DNA of 24,000 nt from an uncultured Bacteroidota bacterium (GTDB lineage: Bacteria > Bacteroidota > Bacteroidia > Bacteroidales > GCA-2748055). Below are positions 7,575-18,459 of this stretch, piece after piece; positions within the stretch are counted from its first letter, which is position 1, and every line of letters starts with the position of its first letter. Below the pieces are notes generated by a model. It was not told where the DNA came from. It was given only the letters and a program-made list of their open reading frames with translations, and did not search any database. The stretch spans positions 36,250-60,249 of the forward strand of contig CAVVFB010000006.1 of assembly GCA_963747365.1 (NCBI GenBank). Reading direction: 5' to 3'. The position numbers and the translations under genes are program-made.

Positions 7575-10025
7575 ATGTGGAGAAACTATTTTACGGTTGC
7601 ACTCAGAAACATCAGTAAAAACAGGGTATTTACACTGATTAATGTTTCCGGGCTGGCCATCGGACTTGCAAGCTCCATATTAATCCTTCTGTTCATTATC
7701 AAGGAAAAGAGTTTCGACCGGTTTCATGAGCATGCCGATCAGATCTACAGACTATATATTGATGGCGGCATCGGGGATCAGGGATTCAGGGGTGCCTGGA
7801 CATCCATGACCATGGCGCCCACTTTCACAGAAGAGATTCCGGAGATCGAGAATTTTGTACGTTTCGATGTGTTTAACCAGCAACTGATCTGGTACGACGG
7901 TGAGAAAAAAATTGAGGACCATTTTCTGTTTGCTGACTCATCCATATTTGACATATTTACAATCAAATTTATAAAGGGGGATCCCTTTACAGCCCTGACC
8001 AGGCCAAAGTCTGTGGTGATTACCAGTGAAAAAGCCCTGGAGTATTTCGGGGAGCAGGATCCGGTTGGGCTGCCGTTGAGTGTGAACCGGGACAGTAACT
8101 ATTATGTGGTCACCGGAGTGATAGAGCCTTTGCCGGAGAATTCCCATTTTTTCGCTGATTTTATTGCCTCCATGAGTACCCTGGAGTATTCCCGGGAGGA
8201 GACCTGGTTTCAGAATTCCATATTCAGTTATGTGCTTTTGGCTCCCGGGGCAGATCCCGATGCGGTGGAGCAAAAGATGGATGATGTAATGCAAAATCAT
8301 ATCAGGGGAGAACTGGAGACATTTCTGGGGGTTGGCCCCGAAGAGTGGAAAGCGGGAGGCAACCGCTACGGGGTCTATCTTCAACCCTTGAAGAATATTC
8401 ACCTCCAGCCCGATATTGAGGTGGGAATGGAGATCTGTTTCCGGCCGGTAAACGATGGCCTCTACATTAAAATCTTTTCCCTTGTGGCCTTTTTCATTCT
8501 TCTTATTGCATCCATCAATTTCAATAACCTCTCCACGGCAATGTCTTCATCACGGTCGAGGGAGATCGGACTGCGGAAGGTAGCGGGTTCAGACCGCAAG
8601 CTGATCATATGGCAATTTCTTACCGAGTCGGTCGTGCTCAGTCTGATTGCACTGCTTTTTGCATTAATCATCGTGGAAATTACACTCCCGTTGTTCAACA
8701 GGGTGATGGAACTTAACCTGAGGATGGATTCCAACCGGAATATTTTCCTGCTTCCCCTTTTTATACTCCTGGCCCTCATTGTGGGAATCATCAGTGGTAT
8801 ATATCCTGCCATTTTCATGTCCCGTTTCTCTCCCGTGAAGGGATTCAGGGGCGGGTTTCAGGGGGGGCGCCGGAGAGTGCTTTTCAGTAATATGATGGTG
8901 GTGGTTCAATTCACCATTTCGGTGGCCCTTATCATTGGAACGCTCATTGTGTCCAGTCAACTCAGGTATTTGCAAAACAAGGAACTGGGTTATGAGAAGG
9001 ACCAGCTCCTGGTCCTGAAACGGACCTATCCACTTGGTAAAAGCATTCAGGCATTTTGTCGTGAGATTGAGAATATTCCGGGTGTAGCCGGCGCTACCAA
9101 CTCAACATCCTATCTGGGATTTAACAACAGCACCGAAACTTACCAGATTGAGGGGAGAATGGCTTCAAAGAATTTCCTCTTCGCCACAAACTACGTGGAC
9201 ATAGATTTTATGAATACGTATGGTTTTAATCTGGTGGGAGAACGGAGCCGTTTTTTTGACTACAGTCATCCGGATGATACAACAGCCATCCTGGTCAACC
9301 TGGCAGCCATAAAGGAGTATAACATTGTGGATCCTTTTAGTACAGTGATTCTCGAACCCACCCTGGAAGGAGATACCAACAAGCTGAGGATCATTGGGAT
9401 TCTTGAGGATTTCCACCACAGCTCCCTGTTTGAACCCATTGGGCCCTACATGGTCAGGTACAAGACAGAAGAACATGAATGGGCCGGTTATATCACCATC
9501 AGGCTGGGAGTGGCCGGCAAGGGAATTCCCATTACCCTGGATAAGATCAGAAATACCTGGTTCGCCATGACTGGTGAGGCCCCTTTCCAGTACTTTTTCC
9601 TGGATGAAGAGCTGGATAACTACTATAAGGAGGAGCAGCGGACAGGAAGACTGGCGCTCCTTTTCTCCATTCTGGCTACCCTGATTGCCTGCTTGGGATT
9701 GTTCGGACTGACCATGCACAATACTCAACGCAGAACCCGGGAGATAGGGATTCGAAAAGTCATGGGAGCCAGTATTGGAGAGGTGGTATTGCATGTCTCC
9801 CGTGAAATCGCCTCATTGGTGATCCTCTCAGTCCTGCTTGCATGGATATTAGCTTACCTGTTTATGCAGGACTGGCTTATGAATTTCCCCTATAATATTG
9901 GGTTTAAACCCTGGATCTATGCCCTTGCAGCAATGACAGCGGTTCTGATCTCAGCAATGGATGTTGCAACACTGGCATACAGGGCAGCGAGATCAAATCC
10001 GGCCGATGTACTGCACTATGAATAG
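7575..10025 (+). CDS. ABC transporter permease, FtsX/MacB-type with duplicated FtsX domain, 816 aa
   Basis: The N-terminus MWRNYFTVALRNISKNRVFTLINVSGLAIGLA is canonical for the family. A large extracytoplasmic domain is followed by TM clusters around residues 300-420 and 690-800. The C-terminus ends RAARSNPADVLHYE. No ATPase gene is adjacent. Confidence 0.9.
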   Translation: MWRNYFTVALRNISKNRVFTLINVSGLAIGLASSILILLFIIKEKSFDRFHEHADQIYRLYIDGGIGDQGFRGAWTSMTMAPTFTEEIPEIENFVRFDVFNQQLIWYDGEKKIEDHFLFADSSIFDIFTIKFIKGDPFTALTRPKSVVITSEKALEYFGEQDPVGLPLSVNRDSNYYVVTGVIEPLPENSHFFADFIASMSTLEYSREETWFQNSIFSYVLLAPGADPDAVEQKMDDVMQNHIRGELETFLGVGPEEWKAGGNRYGVYLQPLKNIHLQPDIEVGMEICFRPVNDGLYIKIFSLVAFFILLIASINFNNLSTAMSSSRSREIGLRKVAGSDRKLIIWQFLTESVVLSLIALLFALIIVEITLPLFNRVMELNLRMDSNRNIFLLPLFILLALIVGIISGIYPAIFMSRFSPVKGFRGGFQGGRRRVLFSNMMVVVQFTISVALIIGTLIVSSQLRYLQNKELGYEKDQLLVLKRTYPLGKSIQAFCREIENIPGVAGATNSTSYLGFNNSTETYQIEGRMASKNFLFATNYVDIDFMNTYGFNLVGERSRFFDYSHPDDTTAILVNLAAIKEYNIVDPFSTVILEPTLEGDTNKLRIIGILEDFHHSSLFEPIGPYMVRYKTEEHEWAGYITIRLGVAGKGIPITLDKIRNTWFAMTGEAPFQYFFLDEELDNYYKEEQRTGRLALLFSILATLIACLGLFGLTMHNTQRRTREIGIRKVMGASIGEVVLHVSREIASLVILSVLLAWILAYLFMQDWLMNFPYNIGFKPWIYALAAMTAVLISAMDVATLAYRAARSNPADVLHYE

Positions 10026-10772
10026 TCAGATCAGGTTCCGGATTTTCTCAAGATCCTCCGGAGTATCCACACCTATTGCCGGATGGTCAGTGATCACGGT
10101 TTGGATATGATAACCATTTTCCAGCCAACGGAGCTGCTCAAGCGATTCTGCCTTTTCAAGCGGCGATACCGGAAGCCCGGTCAGTTCCTGAAGGAGTTCC
10201 GCGCGGTAGGCGTAAAGGCCTATGTGCGTAAAAAAAGTGTGGGAACTCCTGGCCTCCTCTCCCGGAGTTACCCTTGTGAAAGGAACAGGCGACCGGGAAA
10301 AGTAAAGTGCCCGGAACGATTTGTCTACCACCACCTTTACAACATTGGGGTTGGCCAGATCTTCCGGGTAATGCATGGGTTGTATCAAAGTGGCAATTTG
10401 AGTGTTCCGCTCTGTAAAACAGCCTTTTAAAGCTTCCAGGTGTTCCTGTTTCAGGAGCGGTTCATCGCCCTGAATGTTGATCACATGCGTAAACGCCACA
10501 CGACTGTTTTTATGTAACAACCTTAAAGCTTCGGCGCATCTTTCGGTTCCGGTTTTGTGGTTGGAGGATGTCATCACCGCCTCCCCTCCAAATCCCTCTA
10601 CTGCCTCTTTGATCCTGATATCGTCTGTAGCAACAACCACATGCGGTAAAGAAACCGAAGCCCTCTCAAAGACCCATTGTATCATTGGTTTATTTCTCAG
10701 CAGGGCAAGCGGTTTGCCGGGAAATCTGGTGGAAGCGTAACGGGCTGGAATAATTCCCAGGAAATGGTTCAC
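10026..10772 (-). CDS. kdsB: 3-deoxy-manno-octulosonate cytidylyltransferase (CMP-KDO synthetase)
   Basis: Supporting motifs are GIIPARYASTRFPGKPL, INIQGDEP and LEQLRWLENG. The start codon is GTG (reverse complement of cac at 10770-10772). Its stop codon directly abuts the permease stop codon. Confidence 0.94.
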   Translation of the reverse strand: MNHFLGIIPARYASTRFPGKPLALLRNKPMIQWVFERASVSLPHVVVATDDIRIKEAVEGFGGEAVMTSSNHKTGTERCAEALRLLHKNSRVAFTHVINIQGDEPLLKQEHLEALKGCFTERNTQIATLIQPMHYPEDLANPNVVKVVVDKSFRALYFSRSPVPFTRVTPGEEARSSHTFFTHIGLYAYRAELLQELTGLPVSPLEKAESLEQLRWLENGYHIQTVITDHPAIGVDTPEDLEKIRNLI

Positions 10773-10832
10773 TTTTTTATTTCAAAAATAGGGAAAGGAT
10801 CGGAATAAAACTTTCCGAATTCAGTATAAATT

Positions 10833-10866
10833 GTAATTTTGTCATGTTTTCAGGTTATTTTGTCAT
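10833..10866 (+). promoter_or_regulatory. tandem 13-mers GT(A/T)ATTTTGTCAT, 21 bp apart, carrying candidate -7 boxes upstream of the sigma-54 activator gene
   Basis: Copy 1 is at 10833-10845 and contains a perfect TAnnTTTG (TAATTTTG, 10834-10841). Copy 2 is at 10854-10866 and contains TTATTTTG. The two copies are identical at 12 of 13 positions. The ATG is at 10875. Confidence 0.45.
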
Positions 10867-10874
10867 AGAGCCAC

Positions 10875-12119
10875 ATGGATATTCAACAGATAAAGCAACG
10901 CTTCGGAATCATCGGGACTTATGCCGGTTTAGACCGGGCCATTGATATAGCCCGTCAGGTTGCTCCCACCGATCTAAGCGTATTGATTACCGGGGAGAGC
11001 GGTACCGGGAAGGAGTCGTTCCCCAAGATCATTCACGCACTCGGCACCAGGAAGCACGGCCAGTATATTGCAGTGAACTGCGGAGCCATTCCCGATGGCA
11101 CCATTGATTCGGAGCTTTTTGGTCATGAGAAAGGCTCATTTACAGGTGCCACCGATGCCAGAAAGGGCTATTTTGAAGTGGTTGACGATGGAACAATTTT
11201 TCTGGATGAGGTGGCTGAACTTCCGCTTTCAACCCAGGTTCGCCTTTTGCGGGTCCTTGAAACCGGGGAGTATATGCGGGTAGGGTCCTCAAAAGTGCTG
11301 AAAACGAATGTACGGGTTGTAGCGGCCTCGAACTATGATATTCCCACAGCAATCGGAAAGGGTAAATTCAGGGAGGACCTGTTTTACAGGCTTAATACGG
11401 TGCCGATCACCATTCCCTCACTCAGGGAACGGGGTAACGATATTCTCCTTCTGTTCAGAAAATTTGCCACCGACTTTTCTGAAAAATACAGGATGCCGTC
11501 CATCCGGCTGGAGGAGGAGGCCAAGCTGGTTATGCTTAATTATGATTGGCCGGGGAATGTTAGGCAGCTCAAGAATGTGACAGAACAGCTTTCCATTATT
11601 GAACAGGAGCGGGAGGTTTCGGCTTCAGCGCTGATGCACTACCTGCCCGATTACCAGAAAAGCCGGCTTCCGGCCCTGATTGCCAGGGATGGGATCAGTG
11701 AGGATGCTTTCAATTCGGAAAGGGAGATCCTTTACAAGGTTTTGTTCGATATGAGAAAAGACATGACAGATCTGAAAAAACTGGTGGTTCAGATTATGGA
11801 ATCCGGACGGGTTGGAAGTGACATTGAAAAGGAGCATGAAGGGATCATTAAGAAACTGTATACTGCGGGGGATGACACTTCCATAAAGGCCGACCACCGG
11901 TTCGCATCGCAGGCTTCTCCCAGATCAAACAGGGATGAGGAACGGATCCTGGATACAGAGGAGATCCTTGAAGAGTCACTTTCGCTTGAAGAGAAGGAGA
12001 AGGAGCTGATCCTGAAAGCACTGGAAAAACATAATGGGAAACGCAAGTATGCTGCACAGGACCTGGGAATCTCGGAGCGGACCCTCTACAGGAAAATAAA
12101 AGAGTATGACATTGAATAG
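10875..12119 (+). CDS. sigma-54-dependent transcriptional activator (bEBP) lacking an N-terminal sensory/receiver domain
   Basis: The AAA+ core begins within about 25 residues of the start. It has Walker A GESGTGKE, the GAFTGA-loop variant GSFTGA, and Walker B IFLDEV. An acidic linker follows, then a C-terminal Fis-type HTH, AAQDLGISERTLYRKIKEY. Confidence 0.9.
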   Translation: MDIQQIKQRFGIIGTYAGLDRAIDIARQVAPTDLSVLITGESGTGKESFPKIIHALGTRKHGQYIAVNCGAIPDGTIDSELFGHEKGSFTGATDARKGYFEVVDDGTIFLDEVAELPLSTQVRLLRVLETGEYMRVGSSKVLKTNVRVVAASNYDIPTAIGKGKFREDLFYRLNTVPITIPSLRERGNDILLLFRKFATDFSEKYRMPSIRLEEEAKLVMLNYDWPGNVRQLKNVTEQLSIIEQEREVSASALMHYLPDYQKSRLPALIARDGISEDAFNSEREILYKVLFDMRKDMTDLKKLVVQIMESGRVGSDIEKEHEGIIKKLYTAGDDTSIKADHRFASQASPRSNRDEERILDTEEILEESLSLEEKEKELILKALEKHNGKRKYAAQDLGISERTLYRKIKEYDIE

Positions 12120-12618
12120 AACATTTGCCATGATCATGTTACCCCTGGTGCTGGTAATCCCCTCCTGCAAGGTTACCTACTCGTTTAGTGGAGTAAACAT
12201 CTCCCCGGAGGTAACCTCGTATTCAGTTCAGTATTTCCCCAACAGGGCTGCCCTTGTGCAGGCACAGCTGAGCCAGATATTTACAGATGCCCTGATCGAC
12301 AAGATTCAATCCAATACAAGCCTGGAATTAACAACCAATGGCGGTGATGTGGAGTTTTCAGGTGAGATCACCAACTATGTCACCAGGCCCACGGCAATTA
12401 CCGGCGACGAGGTAGCTGCCATGAACAGGCTCACCATTACGGTCAGGGTCAAGTATACAAACTATATTGAACCTGAGCTGGATTTTGATTCAAGCTTTTC
12501 AAGATACGAGGATTATAGTTCAACCCAGAATCTGTCGAATGTGGAGAGTGAGTTGATCGCATTAATCGTGGAGAATCTGATTGAAGATATATTCAACAAG
12601 GCATTTGTCTCCTGGTAA
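12106..12618 (+). CDS. lptE: LptE-like LPS-assembly lipoprotein
   Basis: A signal peptide ends in the lipobox-like VIPSC. It is followed by KVTYSFSGVNISPEVTSYSVQYFPNRAALVQAQLSQIFTDAL, which matches my recollection of Bacteroidota LptE-family proteins. The ATG at 12106 overlaps the activator's stop by 14 nt; an alternative ATG lies at 12130. Confidence 0.7.
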   Translation: MTLNRTFAMIMLPLVLVIPSCKVTYSFSGVNISPEVTSYSVQYFPNRAALVQAQLSQIFTDALIDKIQSNTSLELTTNGGDVEFSGEITNYVTRPTAITGDEVAAMNRLTITVRVKYTNYIEPELDFDSSFSRYEDYSSTQNLSNVESELIALIVENLIEDIFNKAFVSW

Positions 12619-12630
12619 TCAAAACAGTCT

Positions 12631-13431
12631 ATGGACGCTTCCTATTTCAAACATCTAATCAGTACGGATCATTACTCACCGGCGGATCTTGACCAGGTTA
12701 ATGATCTGTGCAGGAACTATCCCATGTTTAACCTGGCCCATATGCTGAAAGTCAGAATCCGGGAATCTCTGGGTTATGAAAAAGAACAGGAGCTGAAGGT
12801 TGCGGCCGTTTATGCTGCCGATCGCAAAAAACTCTTCCGGATGGTTACCGGTGTGTCAGGGTCAAGGATGGAGGATCTGAAGCCGCCTGCCCAGGAGCCG
12901 GAAGGAATCATTTTTTTCACCGAAACACACCCCGAGGTAGATGTAATAATCGGACAGCACGCCCCTTATGCAGGTGCTCAAAGTGCCGATAATGATCTTT
13001 TGGAACTGGAAGATGAACGGGAGATCAGCGCGGAAACCCTGATAGAGTTAGTGGTTAAAGAGGAGGCCGAAATGGAAGAGCCGCAGACCCGGATGAGGGA
13101 TACCCCTGCCATGGAGGATATGGATTCCATTCCAGAGGCAGATTCATCGGAGGAGATTCCTTTGGCCAACAGGTTGATCCTGAACTTTCTCAGGGAGGAT
13201 CCGGGACCCATCAGGGCAAACAAATTCACAGCAAGCAACAGAGATGTGTCGCTGGCTTCCATCCGGGAACACGACGGATTTATAACAGACACTCTGGCAA
13301 AGATCTATGTGAAACAGGGGCTCTATGCAAAGGCCATCTATGCCTACGAGAAATTAAGTTTGAAATATCCGGAAAAAAGTGCTTACTTTGCTGCGCAAAT
13401 TGAAAAAATAAGCAATATAAATCGTTCATAA
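12631..13431 (+). CDS. conserved hypothetical protein with acidic low-complexity centre and C-terminal TPR-like helix pair
   Basis: The ORF is 266 aa. It has an N-terminal YPMFNLAHML motif, a long D/E-rich middle region, and the C-terminal segment YVKQGLYAKAIYAYEKLSLKYPEKSAYFAAQIEKI. As I recall, a gene of this type sits between the lptE-like gene and secG in many Bacteroidota. Confidence 0.65.
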   Translation: MDASYFKHLISTDHYSPADLDQVNDLCRNYPMFNLAHMLKVRIRESLGYEKEQELKVAAVYAADRKKLFRMVTGVSGSRMEDLKPPAQEPEGIIFFTETHPEVDVIIGQHAPYAGAQSADNDLLELEDEREISAETLIELVVKEEAEMEEPQTRMRDTPAMEDMDSIPEADSSEEIPLANRLILNFLREDPGPIRANKFTASNRDVSLASIREHDGFITDTLAKIYVKQGLYAKAIYAYEKLSLKYPEKSAYFAAQIEKISNINRS

Positions 13432-13443
13432 AGAGAGAATCAA

Positions 13444-13791
13444 ATGTTTATAGTATTCACAGTATTGATTTTAGTCACCTGTGTTTTCACCATACTGATC
13501 GTACTGGTTCAGAATTCCAAAGGCGGCGGACTTGCTTCGAACTTCTCATCATCCAACCAGTATATGGGTGTTCGGAAAACAGCTGATTTCCTTGAAAAAG
13601 CTACCTGGAGCCTTGGGGCTGCACTGATCCTTTTTAGCCTTCTGGCCGGAATCACCCTTCCCAAAGCAGGTGAAGCTGCCAATTCGCGTCTGCAAGGGCA
13701 GTTTGATGAGTCCATCATGGACCAGCCGGCTCAAACCATAGACCTTCCTGAATCGTTTGGAACCGATCCTGCATCAGAGGAAGAGGAGTAA
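13444..13791 (+). CDS. secG: preprotein translocase subunit SecG
   Basis: TM1 is followed by LVQNSKGGGLASNF, then a second TM segment (WSLGAALILFSLLAGI). The C-terminal tail is acidic. Confidence 0.9.
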   Translation: MFIVFTVLILVTCVFTILIVLVQNSKGGGLASNFSSSNQYMGVRKTADFLEKATWSLGAALILFSLLAGITLPKAGEAANSRLQGQFDESIMDQPAQTIDLPESFGTDPASEEEE

Positions 13792-13813
13792 AACAGGACA
13801 AAAGAGCATAAGG

Positions 13814-13849
13814 AGTGTCAGTATGTCATATTACTGACACTTTTTTTTT
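13814..13849 (+). terminator. rho-independent terminator after secG
   Basis: A perfect 10-bp stem pairs AGTGTCAGTA (13814-13823) with TACTGACACT (13832-13841). The loop is 8 nt, and a run of T extends to 13849. Confidence 0.85.
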
Positions 13850-13924
13850 GTTTATACCCTTTGGCACAGAATGTGATTAAGGAAATACGATTTTGATAAT
13901 GTCGAACTTATAAATAATAAAACA

Positions 13925-14206
13925 ATGGCAGAATTTAAAGGTAAAATCCTTGCAGGTAAGGTTCTCGTTAAGCCCTCAGCGGCTGAAGAGAAGACCGCTA
14001 GTGGTATCATCATTCCCGAAACAGCAAAAGAGAAACCACAGCATGGGAAAGTTATAATGGTAGGATCCGACAAGAAGGATGAACCCATGGAGATCAAAGT
14101 GGGGGACCATGTCCTTTACGGAAAGTACGCCGGCCAGGAATTAACCATCGATAACGAAGATTATCTTCTTATTTCGCAAAACGATGTTTTATTCATTACA
14201 AAGTAA
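13925..14206 (+). CDS. groES: co-chaperonin GroES
   Basis: The 93-aa protein contains KVLVKPSAAEEKTASGIIIPETAKEKPQHGKVI (mobile loop region) and lies immediately upstream of groEL. Confidence 0.97.
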   Translation: MAEFKGKILAGKVLVKPSAAEEKTASGIIIPETAKEKPQHGKVIMVGSDKKDEPMEIKVGDHVLYGKYAGQELTIDNEDYLLISQNDVLFITK

Positions 14207-14226
14207 ATAACTATAAAAGAGCATAA

Positions 14227-15855
<1,629 letters not shown>

Positions 15856-15879
15856 ACATATCCTTCAATATATATCAAG

Positions 15880-15912
15880 AGGCCGTTTCGCATGATGTGA
15901 AGCGGCCTTTTT
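15880..15912 (+). terminator. rho-independent terminator after groEL
   Basis: The stem pairs AGGCCGTTTC (15880-15889) with GAAGCGGCCT (15899-15908) and includes one G-U pair. The loop is 9 nt, followed by TTTT. Confidence 0.75.
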
Positions 15913-15930
15913 CGTATCCCGAATAATAAC

Positions 15931-15938
15931 TATCTTTG
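15931..15938 (+). promoter_or_regulatory. candidate -7 promoter box (TATCTTTG) for lepA
   Basis: This is a perfect match to TAnnTTTG, 27 nt upstream of the lepA ATG at 15965 and just downstream of the groEL terminator. Confidence 0.45.
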
Positions 15939-15964
15939 TGGGCGCAAAAAACGGCGCATTCCTG

Positions 15965-17752
15965 ATGGATCATATTCGCAACTTTTGTATCATAGCCCAT
16001 ATCGATCATGGGAAAAGTACCCTTGCAGACAGGCTGCTCATGAAAACCGGAACACTCAATGAGAGGGACTTCCAAAACCAGGTATTGGACGATATGGACC
16101 TGGAGCGTGAAAGGGGGATCACCATCAAGAGCCACGCCATTCAGATGGAGTATTCGCAAAATGGAAAAAAATATCTGCTGAACCTGATCGATACTCCCGG
16201 GCATGTGGACTTCTCCTATGAAGTAAGCCGGTCCATAGCTGCCTGTGAAGGGGCCCTGCTTATCGTGGATGCCACACAGGGAATTCAGGCTCAAACCATC
16301 TCTGTTCTCTATCAGGCCATTGATCATAACCTGGAAATTATTCCTGTGCTCAATAAGATGGACATGGATAGTGCCATGCCCGATGAAGTGAAGGATCAGA
16401 TTGTGGATCTGATTGGATGTGATCGTGATGATATCATCGAAGCCAGCGGGAAAACCGGACTGGGTGTGGAGGTGATCCTTGAAGCCATTATTGAAAAAAT
16501 TCCTGCTCCGGGAGGAGATACTGAGGCCCCGTTACAAGCCCTGATCTTTGACTCGGTATTCAATTCATTTCGTGGTATTTTTGCCTACTTCAGGATCATG
16601 AATGGAACCATCCGTAAAGGCGATCTGGTTAAGTTTGTAGCTACACAGAAGGAGTATAACGCCGATGAGGTTGGAATCTTAAAACTTGGTCCCGAACCAA
16701 GAAGTTTTCTTGCGGCCGGAGATGTGGGCTACATCATTTCGGGTATTAAATCCTCCAAAGAGGTGAAGGTGGGTGATACCATTACCCATGTGGCCAGGCC
16801 CTGTAAAGAAAAAGTGGATGGATTCGAGGATGTAAAACCAATGGTGTTTGCAGGGATGTACCCGGTGGATGCCGACCAGTATGAAGATCTGAGGGCATCC
16901 ATCGAGAAGCTGCAGCTTAATGATGCATCACTTACTTTTATTCCCGAATCATCGGCTGCGCTGGGTTTTGGATTCCGATGCGGATTTCTGGGACTTTTGC
17001 ATATGGAGATTGTACAGGAGCGACTCGACCGCGAATTTGATATGGATGTGATCACCACGGTTCCCAACGTATCCTTCAATGTGATCACCACAAAGGGTGA
17101 TTTGGTGGAGGTGCACAACCCTTCAGGATTGCCGGTTGCAACGGCAATCGACCGTATTGAGGAACCGTTTATCAGGGCACAGGTAATTTCAAAGGCCGAA
17201 TATGTGGGTTCCATTATGAAGCTTTGCCTGGATAAGAGGGGAATTCTTAAGAACCAGGTATATCTCACCAGCAACCGGGTGGAACTATCATTCGAAATGC
17301 CGCTTGCAGAGATCGTATTTGATTTCTATGATAAGCTAAAGAGCATATCCAAAGGATATGCTTCTTTTGATTACCATCCGCATGGTTACCGGAAAGCCGA
17401 CCTGGTCAAACTGGATATCCTGCTAAACGGGGAGATGGTGGATGCACTTTCCACATTGATTCACCGGGATAATGCCTACGATTTCGGAAGGAGAATTTGC
17501 GGGAAGCTGAAGGAGCTTATACCCCGTCAGCAATACGAAGTTGCCATACAGGCGGCCATTGGCGCCAAGGTGATTTCCCGGGAAACTGTTAAGGCTGTTC
17601 GCAAGGATGTGACGGCCAAGTGTTATGGCGGGGATATAACCCGGAAGAGAAAGCTGCTTGAAAAGCAGAAAAAGGGGAAGAAACGGATGCGTCAGGTTGG
17701 GAACATCGAAGTGCCTCAGTCGGCATTCCTGGCAGTTCTGAAACTTGATTAG
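15965..17752 (+). CDS. lepA: translation elongation factor 4 (LepA)
   Basis: [25 protein letters not shown] contains the G1 motif; DTPGHVDF and NKMD are also present. The C-terminal LepA-specific region includes [24 protein letters not shown] chose the ATG at 15965 over the track's GTG at 15938, which overlaps the -7 box. Confidence 0.98.
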   Translation: MDHIRNFCIIAHIDHGKSTLADRLLMKTGTLNERDFQNQVLDDMDLERERGITIKSHAIQMEYSQNGKKYLLNLIDTPGHVDFSYEVSRSIAACEGALLIVDATQGIQAQTISVLYQAIDHNLEIIPVLNKMDMDSAMPDEVKDQIVDLIGCDRDDIIEASGKTGLGVEVILEAIIEKIPAPGGDTEAPLQALIFDSVFNSFRGIFAYFRIMNGTIRKGDLVKFVATQKEYNADEVGILKLGPEPRSFLAAGDVGYIISGIKSSKEVKVGDTITHVARPCKEKVDGFEDVKPMVFAGMYPVDADQYEDLRASIEKLQLNDASLTFIPESSAALGFGFRCGFLGLLHMEIVQERLDREFDMDVITTVPNVSFNVITTKGDLVEVHNPSGLPVATAIDRIEEPFIRAQVISKAEYVGSIMKLCLDKRGILKNQVYLTSNRVELSFEMPLAEIVFDFYDKLKSISKGYASFDYHPHGYRKADLVKLDILLNGEMVDALSTLIHRDNAYDFGRRICGKLKELIPRQQYEVAIQAAIGAKVISRETVKAVRKDVTAKCYGGDITRKRKLLEKQKKGKKRMRQVGNIEVPQSAFLAVLKLD

Positions 17753-17758
17753 CCTTCC

Positions 17759-18457
17759 TTAATCTTTATCCACCACCAATTTATATCCTTTTCCATGCAC
17801 ATTGATGATCTGAACATTGGGATCGGCCTTCAGGTATTTGCGCAGTTTTGTGATATAAACATCCATGCTCCTGGCATTAAAGTAGTTGTCGTCGATCCAG
17901 ATCGCCTTCAGGGTGAAGTTTCTATCCAGAACCTGGTTGATGTTGTTACAGAGAAGGATAAGCAACTCCGACTCTTTGGTGGTCAGTTTTTGTTCGGTTC
18001 CCGTTCCCGACAGCTTCTGTTTATTGGCATCGAAAGTAAAGGACCCGATCTTCCATACATTCGATTCACCGCTCCTGGTTCCTTTGGTTCTTCGCAGGAT
18101 CGCCTCAATTCTGAAGAGCAGCTCCTCCATGCTGAAGGGCTTGGTAAGATAGTCATCTGCTCCCAGTGAAAACCCTTCCAGCACATCCTCCTTCATGGAT
18201 TTGGCAGTCAGAAAAATTATTGGAATCTCCCGGTTCAGGATGCGAATCTCCGAAGCCAGGGTAAAGCCATCCTTTACCGGCATCATCACATCAAGCAGGC
18301 AAAGGTCATAGTGAAATTGTTCAAAATGACGGAATGCCTTCTCACCATTCGTAACCCAGTCGGCCTCATAATTTTTAGCCTGGAGGTACTCCTGGAGAAG
18401 AGACCCCAGGTTTTCGTCATCTTCTGCCAGTAAAATCCGGTTCTTGATTTCGTTCAT
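17759..18457 (-). CDS. OmpR/PhoB-family response regulator (RprY-like)
   Basis: The receiver domain has LLAEDDE and the phospho-acceptor context DLCLLDVMMP. The C-terminal winged helix includes LTTKESELLILL and VHGKGYKLV. Its start lies 2 nt after the upstream kinase gene's stop. Confidence 0.94.
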   Translation of the reverse strand: MNEIKNRILLAEDDENLGSLLQEYLQAKNYEADWVTNGEKAFRHFEQFHYDLCLLDVMMPVKDGFTLASEIRILNREIPIIFLTAKSMKEDVLEGFSLGADDYLTKPFSMEELLFRIEAILRRTKGTRSGESNVWKIGSFTFDANKQKLSGTGTEQKLTTKESELLILLCNNINQVLDRNFTLKAIWIDDNYFNARSMDVYITKLRKYLKADPNVQIINVHGKGYKLVVDKD

Positions 18458-18459
18458 CT

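Noticed and set aside
7432-7638. A 68-aa GTG-initiated ORF filling the gap after the SiaB-like gene, considered as a possible missing SiaC-like partner.
   Set aside because: It is too short for a DUF1987-type protein and runs 64 nt into the well-supported permease gene in another frame. Its composition is not protein-like, and the permease -7 box lies inside it.
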